52,086 nt of DNA, taken from positions 1 to 52,086 of the forward strand of contig CAZEHQ010000005.1 in assembly GCA_964512165.1 (NCBI GenBank). Reading direction: 5' to 3'. The translations under genes and the position numbers were made by a program. Numbering within the stretch: position 1 is the stretch's first letter; the number at the start of each line of letters is the position of its first letter. Positions 45,424 to 52,086 of this stretch are shown here, piece after piece. Below the pieces are notes generated by a model that saw nothing but the letters and a program-made list of their open reading frames with translations, searched no databases and was not told where the DNA came from. The DNA comes from an uncultured Gemmatimonadaceae bacterium. Lineage in GTDB: Bacteria; Latescibacterota; UBA2968; UBA8231.

Positions 45424-46272
45424 GTGGACGGATACACGCATCTGGAGGACGAGTTCGGCGATGTCGTCGGCAAGGCCCGCCGCGGCCAGGAGCGGACCGT
45501 GCAGGAGGTGGCGGAGAGGGCGGGGATCGCCACCCGGGATCTCGAGCGCATCGAGGCCTACGAGTGGATTCCCGACGGGAGGGTTGTGGAAGGACTCGCC
45601 GACGCCCTCTCCCTCCACGGCGGCAGGCTCCGGGCCAGCGCCGAGGCCGCCTACTTTCCCGCCAATCCCCTGGGCGTGCCGGGGGAGGCCCTCGACGTGA
45701 GGATGCTGATACTCGGCGACGATTTCCTGATGAACGGCTACGTCGCCGCCTGCCGCCGCACCGGCGAGGCGGCCATCGTCGATCCCGGGTTCCAGGGGGA
45801 CCGGCTGCTGGAGGCGGCGGCGGAGGCGGGGGCGCGGGTGAGGCAGGTCTGGCTCACCCACGGGCACGGCGATCACGTGGGCGATCTGCCCCTCGTCCTC
45901 GACGCCACGGGCGCCGGCGCCGCCATCGGCTCGGAGGACCTCGCCCTCACCGGGGGCCTGGCAGCAAGGATCGAAGGGCGGCTGGAGCCGGGGGGCCGCA
46001 TCGCTCTCGGCGAGCAGAGCTTCACAGTGGCGCGCACACCGGGGCACACCCCCGGCGGCGTGTCGCTGATCCACGAGCAGGCCGCCTTCGTCGGCGACGC
46101 CCTCTTCGCCGGCTCTCTCGGCGGGACCCGGCGGCGGGTGGACTACGACGGCCAGCGCCGGGCGGTGCGGCGCGAGCTGCTGTCGCTGCCGCCAGAGACC
46201 ATCCTGTACCCGGGGCACGGTCCGGCGACCACCGTGAAAGAGGAACGGCGGAACAACCCGTTCTTCGACTAG
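45424..46272 (+). CDS. XRE-type HTH domain fused to a metallo-beta-lactamase-fold hydrolase (glyoxalase II-like)
   Basis: N-terminus FGDVVGKARRGQERTVQEVAERAGIATRDLERIEAYEWIP has the XRE HTH pattern. Core: AIVDPG..V..VWLTHGHGDHVG (HxHxDH), TPGHTPGG, GD.LF.GS.G, YPGHGP.TT...E. GTG at 45424. Confidence 0.75.
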   Translation: MDGYTHLEDEFGDVVGKARRGQERTVQEVAERAGIATRDLERIEAYEWIPDGRVVEGLADALSLHGGRLRASAEAAYFPANPLGVPGEALDVRMLILGDDFLMNGYVAACRRTGEAAIVDPGFQGDRLLEAAAEAGARVRQVWLTHGHGDHVGDLPLVLDATGAGAAIGSEDLALTGGLAARIEGRLEPGGRIALGEQSFTVARTPGHTPGGVSLIHEQAAFVGDALFAGSLGGTRRRVDYDGQRRAVRRELLSLPPETILYPGHGPATTVKEERRNNPFFD

Positions 46273-47078
46273 CCCCCGCCCGGCTGGCGGTTCAGCTTCC
46301 AGTCGTACTCCACGAAGTCGATGGCAACCTCCCCGGCCGAACGCAGGGTCCGGGCCTGTTCCTCGGGCAGGTAGAGGAGCAGGTAGTCCAGGAGGCTTGG
46401 GTCCGAAGGCGGGTCTTTCAGTCGATGGCGAGGGAACCACTCCACGAAGTCCGCCCCGTACCAGTCCATGATGCTCGAGAGACGGAGACGGCCATCCTCC
46501 AGCTTCAGGTGCGCCGGGTCCAGGGCGAAGCGTCGAGTCTGGCGTTCCAGGTGCTCGTCGAGATCCGCGGCGGCGTAGGCCCGGGAATCCAGGGCGGGGC
46601 AGCTCACGGCGGCGCAGTTGACGGCGAAGTGGATGCGCGGATCCCGGAAGCGCGGCCGGATGATGGTGTGCTCGATCTCGTCGAGGCTCAGGGAATCCCC
46701 GCCGGCGACGAACCGGCGGATCCGGAAGAAACCCTCCAGCCCGCCCTCGGCCTCCTCGACGCTGTCGATGGGGAGGGAGTCGAGGACGCCGCGCAGAACG
46801 AAGGCGTTGTAGGCGTTGATCCAGTAGGCGAGAGCGTCGGCCTCGGAGGGGAAACGCTCCGGGCCGTTCTCCGGGCTGCAGGCGGCGACAGCTGCGAGGT
46901 AGCGGTCGAGGCGGTGAGGGTTCCGGGCCAGGCCGGAATAATCGACCCGGCCGCGGTCGTCGACCCGGTCCGCCAGCAGACTGTCCAGGAGACCATGCGA
47001 AAAGGGCTCGACGTCGGCTCGGGCCGGGATGGCCAGGAGCAGCAGTCCGGCCACGGCGCGGGCACCTGCGTATGTCAT
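46269..47078 (-). CDS. DUF547 domain-containing secreted protein
   Basis: Signal peptide MTYAGARAVAGLLLLAIPARA, then ..LAYWINAYNAFVL..V.........FF.......GG...SLDEIEH.I.R..F.DPRIHFA.NCA..SCP.L. The ATG is 'cat' at 47076-47078. Its stop shares a CTAG tetranucleotide with the convergent MBL gene. Confidence 0.75.
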   Translation of the reverse strand: MTYAGARAVAGLLLLAIPARADVEPFSHGLLDSLLADRVDDRGRVDYSGLARNPHRLDRYLAAVAACSPENGPERFPSEADALAYWINAYNAFVLRGVLDSLPIDSVEEAEGGLEGFFRIRRFVAGGDSLSLDEIEHTIIRPRFRDPRIHFAVNCAAVSCPALDSRAYAAADLDEHLERQTRRFALDPAHLKLEDGRLRLSSIMDWYGADFVEWFPRHRLKDPPSDPSLLDYLLLYLPEEQARTLRSAGEVAIDFVEYDWKLNRQPGGG

Positions 47079-47167
47079 GGGCGGAATCACCTCCGGAGGC
47101 GGTGTCGGCGGCCCGTCGGCAGCCGTCAACGATCGGTAAGGGCGCGGCCGAGCGCCATCCTCCACCC

Positions 47168-49354
47168 ATGACACCGAGCGCGTCGATTCGGTTGCGCGGT
47201 GTCCGCGAAGCCACGCTGGCAGGGGAGGACGTGACGATCCCCCTGGGCCGGATCGTCTGTCTCTCGGGGGCCATGGGTGCCGGTGTGGAGACCCTGGCCC
47301 AGCGGGTCCTGCTGGCCGAGAGCCGGCGGCGCTACCTGCTGTCCATGTCTCCCTTCGAGAGGGCCCGCCTCGGCGGTGTCGGTGCGGCCGCGGCGGTCGA
47401 CGACATCGAGGGGCTGCCGCCGGCCCAGGCCCTGCCCGCCCCGGCCGGCGGGCAGACCGTGGGTACGCGGTTGCACCTGTCCGGCGATCTCTCCAGGCTC
47501 GCCCGCGGCCTCTCCGAGATCCGCTGCACCGGATGCGGAGGCCGCTGCGCCTCGCTGGACGAAGAGGGGGTCGCCGGCCTGCTGCAGGAGTGTTTCCCCG
47601 CCCAGACGGTCTGGTTCGTGGCGCCGGTGGAGTTGGATGACGCCGCATCCCTGCCCGGGGTTCTCGCCGAGCTGGCCCGCGCCGGGTTCCGCCGTCTGCG
47701 CACCGGGACCCGTCTCCACCGGCTCGACGAGGTCGACGAGCAGATCCTCCCCGGGGGGGGCCTCGAGGTCGTCGTCGATCGCCTCGCGCCCGGGGCGGCG
47801 CGGACCCGGGCCCGCGTGGGGGAGGCGGTGCGCAACGCCCGGGCCCTCGCCGGCGGCGCGAGCCTGCTCGTCGGCGAGGAGGACGGCCTGGAGGTCTGGA
47901 CGGGGCCGCGCCTGACCTGCGGACGCTGCGGCGCCGAGTCCGAGGAGCCGGACTGGGAGCGGCTGGTGGCCGGGGAGGAGGATGGCCGCCAGCCCATCGA
48001 GCTGATGGGCCGGCCCCTCGGGCACTGGGCCCGGGAGGCGCGGCTCCGGCACGTGACCGATCTGGCGGAGGAGGCGGAGCCGAGGTGGCCCGAGCCGGCC
48101 GGCCGCCTGTTGCGAGCCCTTGCCGGGGCCGTCGATCTCGGACTGGAGGAGCTTCCCCTGGCCAGGCCCGTGGCCGACCTGTCCCACGGGGAGCAGCTGC
48201 TCCTGGGACTGGCCGCCGCCCTTGCCGATGGCCTGAGCGGCATCCTGCATGTGGTGCTGTCCCCGCCTTCCGCCGTCGATCCGTCGACGCGCGACAGGGT
48301 GGCCCGCGGGTTGCGCCGTCTCGTCGAGCGCGGAAACTCGGTGGTGGTCGTCGAAGGTCATCCATCCGCTGGCGGCTGGGCCGACGAGGTGATCCACATC
48401 GGTCCCGTGCCCTCGGGTCCGGCGGCGGCCGTCCGTGGGGCCGCCCGCCCGCCCGCCGCTCATGGGGCACTGAATCTGGTGGTGGAGGAGGCGCCCTCCG
48501 GGTGCGATCCGGGTCCGGTGCCGCGGGGGCCGGAGCTATGCATCCCTCTGGGCCGGCTGGCGCTGCTCGCCGGCCCCACCGGCTCGGGAAAGACCGCCAT
48601 CCTTCGCCTGATCGGAAGGGCCCTGTCTCCCGGGCGGGGCGTCCCGGTGCGGCCGGTTCGGGCACCGGCCGTGCGGCGCTGCATCGATGTCGGCGCCGAG
48701 GCCCGCTCGCCGGCGGGGGAGCAGACCGTGCTCATGGACCGGCTCGGTGCCATGCGGCCCCTGGCGCGGCTGCTGGCCCGGGGGCCGGCGGCCACCGAGC
48801 TCGGCCTGGAGTCCCGGAGCTTTCTCCTCGATCGGCCGGGCGGCCGCTGCAGCCACTGCGAGGGGGCCGGCGTGGTACGGCACCGGCTGGAGGTGATGGA
48901 GGATTTCGCCGCCACCTGCCCCCGTTGCGAGGGCCGGCGCTTCGGCGAAGAGGTCCTGCAGGTCACCGGGCGAGGGGTGAATGTGGCGGAGGTTCTGGCC
49001 ATGACCGTCGAGGAGGGCGCCGCCCACTTCAGGAGGGAGCGCGGCGTGCACGACCCCCTCGCGGCGGCGGTACGCAACGGTCTGGCCGGGCGGCGGCTGG
49101 GGGAGGGGGTCGACGGGCTCGAAGAGGCGGAGCGCCTGCTGGCCCGGCTCGCCTGCCACTCGGTGAGGGCGCGGGAGGACGCGCTGCTCCTGCTCGATCG
49201 TCCCTCGGCGGGTTGCCGGCCGGAGACGGCGGCGAGGGTTGCCGAGGCCCTCCTGGCCATCGCCTCCCGAGGGGTCAGCATCCTGGTGGCCGATGCCTCG
49301 GGGGATCTGGAGGCCGTGGCGGACTCCGTGGCAAGGCTCCCGGGGGCTCCTTGA
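47168..49354 (+). CDS. UvrA-like protein (excinuclease ABC subunit A paralogue), shortened and with degenerate ATPase motifs
   Basis: Colinear with UvrA from end to end: IRLRGVREATL..IPLGRIVCLSG; ESRRRYLLSMSPFERA; VDDIEGLPPA; LEVVVDRL; CGRCG; LSHGEQ; VVVVEGH; ELCIPLGRLALLAGPTGSGKT; GGRCSHCEGAGVV.......CPRCEGRRF. Start set at ATG 47168 to avoid overlap with the divergent DUF547 gene. Confidence 0.75.
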   Translation: MTPSASIRLRGVREATLAGEDVTIPLGRIVCLSGAMGAGVETLAQRVLLAESRRRYLLSMSPFERARLGGVGAAAAVDDIEGLPPAQALPAPAGGQTVGTRLHLSGDLSRLARGLSEIRCTGCGGRCASLDEEGVAGLLQECFPAQTVWFVAPVELDDAASLPGVLAELARAGFRRLRTGTRLHRLDEVDEQILPGGGLEVVVDRLAPGAARTRARVGEAVRNARALAGGASLLVGEEDGLEVWTGPRLTCGRCGAESEEPDWERLVAGEEDGRQPIELMGRPLGHWAREARLRHVTDLAEEAEPRWPEPAGRLLRALAGAVDLGLEELPLARPVADLSHGEQLLLGLAAALADGLSGILHVVLSPPSAVDPSTRDRVARGLRRLVERGNSVVVVEGHPSAGGWADEVIHIGPVPSGPAAAVRGAARPPAAHGALNLVVEEAPSGCDPGPVPRGPELCIPLGRLALLAGPTGSGKTAILRLIGRALSPGRGVPVRPVRAPAVRRCIDVGAEARSPAGEQTVLMDRLGAMRPLARLLARGPAATELGLESRSFLLDRPGGRCSHCEGAGVVRHRLEVMEDFAATCPRCEGRRFGEEVLQVTGRGVNVAEVLAMTVEEGAAHFRRERGVHDPLAAAVRNGLAGRRLGEGVDGLEEAERLLARLACHSVRAREDALLLLDRPSAGCRPETAARVAEALLAIASRGVSILVADASGDLEAVADSVARLPGAP

Positions 49355-49420
49355 CGCTTGGGAGGGGTGCCGTACATTCTTGTGGTTGTTGATCTTTCCG
49401 CCGATCCCCCCCCGGACTGA

Positions 49421-49891
49421 ATGAATCTGGTCGAAGACCTGCGCGACGAGCGGATCTCCCACCTCGATCTGAGCGGATCCGTTCAGGTTTCGGGGGATCC
49501 CACGGTTGCCGAAGTCCTGGCCGCCATGCGCGAAGCCCGGGCGAGCGCCGCCCTCATCGTGGGGGACGAGGGCCGTCTCGAAGGGATCTTCACCGAACGG
49601 GACGTCCTCCTGAAGGTGGCCGACGCCCCGGCCCGCCTGAAGGTCCCCGTGCGCGAGCTCATGACGCCCGACCCGCAGACGGTCTCTCCCGACGATACAG
49701 CCGGCCACGCCCTGCACTTCATGCGCGCGGGACACTACCGCAACGTACCCGTCCTCGACGCCGATGGCCGCGTGGTGGGAAATCTCAGCCAGCACGGCAT
49801 CATCCGTTTCCTCACCGATCACTTTCCCCGTGAGGTCTACAACCTCCCTCCCGATCCGGAGTTGATTCCGCGCACCCGGGAGGGAGCCTGA
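49421..49891 (+). CDS. CBS-pair domain protein
   Basis: Two CBS repeats: ..V.EVL..M.E...SA.LIV.DEGRLEGIFTERDVL.KV and V.ELMTPDPQTV.PDD....AL..M..G.YR..PV.D.DGR.VG.LS...I..FL. Confidence 0.8.
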   Translation: MNLVEDLRDERISHLDLSGSVQVSGDPTVAEVLAAMREARASAALIVGDEGRLEGIFTERDVLLKVADAPARLKVPVRELMTPDPQTVSPDDTAGHALHFMRAGHYRNVPVLDADGRVVGNLSQHGIIRFLTDHFPREVYNLPPDPELIPRTREGA

Positions 49892-49944
49892 CAACCCGTG
49901 GCTCCCCAAGGCCCGCGAACCATCCCCGCCCACCAGGAGGACCT

Positions 49945-51819
49945 TTGTTGGCCGAGACGCCGGCCGCCGAGCCGTCCGTCGTGCGTGACCCGACCACGCG
50001 CCGACACGATTCCGTCGTCATCCGCTTCTCGGGCGACTCCGGTGACGGCATGCAGCTCACGGGGGACCAGTTCACCAACACCTCCGCCGTCCTGGGCAAC
50101 GACGTGTCGACGTTCCCGGACTTTCCCGCCGAGATCAGGGCTCCGGCAGGGACCATCCCAGGGCTGTCCGGGTTCCAGGTCAACTTCTCCTCCACCGAGA
50201 TCTACACCGCCGGCGACGAGCCCCAGGTGTTGGTGGCCATGAACCCGGCGGCCATCACGGCCAATCTCGAGGATCTGCGGCCCGGAGGGGTGATCATCGT
50301 CAACGAGGACGCCTTCACCCGCAACAACCTGCGCAAGGCGGGGTACGCCTCCTCCCCCCTCGACGACGACAGCCTGCGCGGATACGAGGTGCATCGCGTT
50401 CCCCTCACCACCCTGACGCGCAACGCGCTGGCGGACGTGGAGGGGATGACGACGCAGCAGAAGGACCTGTGCAAGAACGCCTTCGCCCTGGGGCTGGCGT
50501 TCTGGCTCTTCGACCGTCCCCTCGAAACAACGCTGAACTTCTACGAGAAGAAGTTCGCCAAGCGCCCCCAGGTGGTGGAGGCCAACACCCGGGCCCTGAA
50601 GGCGGGATACGCCTTCGGAGAGACGTCGGAGGCCTTCTCGGGGCGCATGCAGGTACCGAGCCGCACCGAGGTCGAGGCCGGGACCTACCGCCGGATCACC
50701 GGCAACGAGGCAGTCGTCCTCGGCCTCGTGGCGGCGGCCCACAAGGCGGGCAAGCCGCTGTTCTACGGCAGCTACCCCATCACCCCGGCGAGCCCGATCC
50801 TCGAGGGCCTGGCGGCCCTCAAGTCCTTCGACGTGCGCACCTTCCAGGCGGAGGACGAGATCGCCGCCATCGGATCGGTCATCGGCGCCGCCTTCGGGGG
50901 AGCCCTGGCCGCCACCGCCTCCAGCGGCCCCGGCATCGCCCTGAAGAGCGAAGGGATCAACCTCGCCGTGGTCCTCGAGCTGCCCATGGTGATCGTCAAC
51001 GTGCAGCGCGGCGGCCCGAGCACGGGTCTGCCCACCAAGACCGAGCAGGCGGACCTGCTCGAGGTGCTCTTCGGGCGCAACGGCGAGAGTCCGATGCCCG
51101 TCCTGGCGGCGGCGACCTCGGCCGACTGCTTCGACCTGACCATCGAGGCCTGCCGGATCGCGGTCCGCCACATGACGCCGGTCTTCCTCCTGTCCGACGG
51201 CTATCTGGCCAACAACTCCGAACCCTGGAGGATCCCCGACGTCGATTCCATCCCCCCCATCGAGGCCGCCCATCGGACCGACCCCGACGGATACCAGCCC
51301 TACATGCGCGATCCCCATACCCTCGCCCGGCCCTGGGTGCTGCCGGGGACCCCGGGGCTGGAGCACCGGATCGGGGGTCTCGGCAAGCAGGACGGCAGCG
51401 GCAACGTCTCCTACGACCCCGAGGACCACGAGGAGATCGTCCGCATCCGCGCCGACAAGGTGGCCCGCGTGGCCGACTCCATCCCCGAGGCGGAGGTCTT
51501 CGGCCCCGATCAGGGTGACCTGCTGGTCATCGGGTGGGGCGGGACCTTCGGGGCCATCCGGGCGGCGACGGAGCACATGCAGCAGCAGGGCCGGTCCGTG
51601 GCCAGCCTTCACCTGCGCCACCTGAACCCCTTCCCGAGGAACCTGGGCAACGTCATCGGCCGCTACCGTCAGGTGCTGGTGCCCGAGCTCAACATGGGGC
51701 AGCTGGCGATGCTGCTTCAGGCCCGGTTCCCGGTGCGGGTGGTGAGCCTCAACAAGGTTCAGGGGCAGCCTTTCAAGATCCGTGAGATCTCCGACAAGAT
51801 CCGGTCGATCCTCGACTGA
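49945..51819 (+). CDS. korA: 2-oxoglutarate/2-oxoacid:ferredoxin oxidoreductase, alpha subunit (fused gamma-alpha type)
   Basis: VIRFSGDSGDGMQLTGDQFT..SA..GND..TFPDFPAEIRAP.GT..G.SGFQ..F; ..GNEA..LG..AA......F.GSYPITPAS.IL; IVNVQRGGPSTGLPTK.EQ.DL. TTG start after AGGAGG. Confidence 0.88.
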   Translation: MLAETPAAEPSVVRDPTTRRHDSVVIRFSGDSGDGMQLTGDQFTNTSAVLGNDVSTFPDFPAEIRAPAGTIPGLSGFQVNFSSTEIYTAGDEPQVLVAMNPAAITANLEDLRPGGVIIVNEDAFTRNNLRKAGYASSPLDDDSLRGYEVHRVPLTTLTRNALADVEGMTTQQKDLCKNAFALGLAFWLFDRPLETTLNFYEKKFAKRPQVVEANTRALKAGYAFGETSEAFSGRMQVPSRTEVEAGTYRRITGNEAVVLGLVAAAHKAGKPLFYGSYPITPASPILEGLAALKSFDVRTFQAEDEIAAIGSVIGAAFGGALAATASSGPGIALKSEGINLAVVLELPMVIVNVQRGGPSTGLPTKTEQADLLEVLFGRNGESPMPVLAAATSADCFDLTIEACRIAVRHMTPVFLLSDGYLANNSEPWRIPDVDSIPPIEAAHRTDPDGYQPYMRDPHTLARPWVLPGTPGLEHRIGGLGKQDGSGNVSYDPEDHEEIVRIRADKVARVADSIPEAEVFGPDQGDLLVIGWGGTFGAIRAATEHMQQQGRSVASLHLRHLNPFPRNLGNVIGRYRQVLVPELNMGQLAMLLQARFPVRVVSLNKVQGQPFKIREISDKIRSILD

Positions 51820-51840
51820 CGAACCCGGCGGAGCCAGCAG

Positions 51841-52086
<246 letters not shown>

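Noticed and set aside
46269-48665. 798-aa minus-strand ORF suggesting a much larger DUF547 protein.
   Set aside because: Everything upstream of the MTYAGARAV start (47078) is Arg/Pro/Gly low complexity and lies antisense to the UvrA-like gene. The signal peptide directly after the ATG at 47078 fits a 269-aa secreted protein.

Overview
This is a 52.1-kb, gene-dense, very GC-rich segment; most 60-nt rows I hand-counted are near 70% GC. It comes from an unidentified bacterium, probably a diderm, because it encodes lipobox lipoproteins and an outer-membrane beta-barrel candidate. I support about 54 protein genes, one tRNA-Ala, two sigma70-type promoters, one candidate operator and one intrinsic terminator.

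Gene content by position:
- 1-5.6 kb: rsmE (3' end), aroQ, an RNase HII::YraN fusion, pyrC, and a fused ECF-type ATPase.
- 5.7-15.5 kb: a long plus-strand run of an alpha/beta hydrolase, a GT2 glycosyltransferase, queA, ispDF, dedA, rplM-rpsI-rpsB-tsf-frr, a UbiA-family gene broken by an in-frame TAG, and cfa.
- 15.5-16.2 kb: tRNA-Ala and a solitary ssb.
- 16.4-23.5 kb: a sulfur/Fe-S block of a YyaL-like thioredoxin-domain protein, cysK, a Cys-rich MerR, an A-type Fe-S carrier, a cysteine desulfurase, a rhodanese::MoeB/ThiF fusion, and trmB.
- 23.6-35.1 kb: a condensed dcw cluster, mraZ-rsmH-ftsL-ftsI-murE-murF-ftsW-murC-ftsQ-ftsZ.
- 35.2-41.2 kb: purE, kptA/tpt1 with an Arg/Gly tail, and glnB-glnE coupled to a MauE::MauD-like fusion.
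- 41.2-47.1 kb: a coupled DegT-aminotransferase / unknown / HpcH-aldolase trio, an outer-membrane beta-barrel protein, a lipoprotein, an XRE-HTH::metallo-beta-lactamase fusion, and a DUF547 gene.
- 47.2-52.1 kb: a motif-degenerate UvrA paralogue, a CBS-pair protein, and korA-korB.

I found no transposase, integrase, phage gene, CRISPR array or recognisable defence gene, so I cannot point to an unambiguous new system. The most promising leads are the pseudo-ATPase UvrA-like gene, the aminotransferase/unknown/aldolase trio, the sulfur-relay block with two unusual architectures, several 'Rosetta-stone' fusions (RNase HII::YraN, MauE::MauD, HTH::MBL), and the stripped-down dcw cluster.

All calls rest on reading the supplied translations and the DNA by eye. 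No database search was run.
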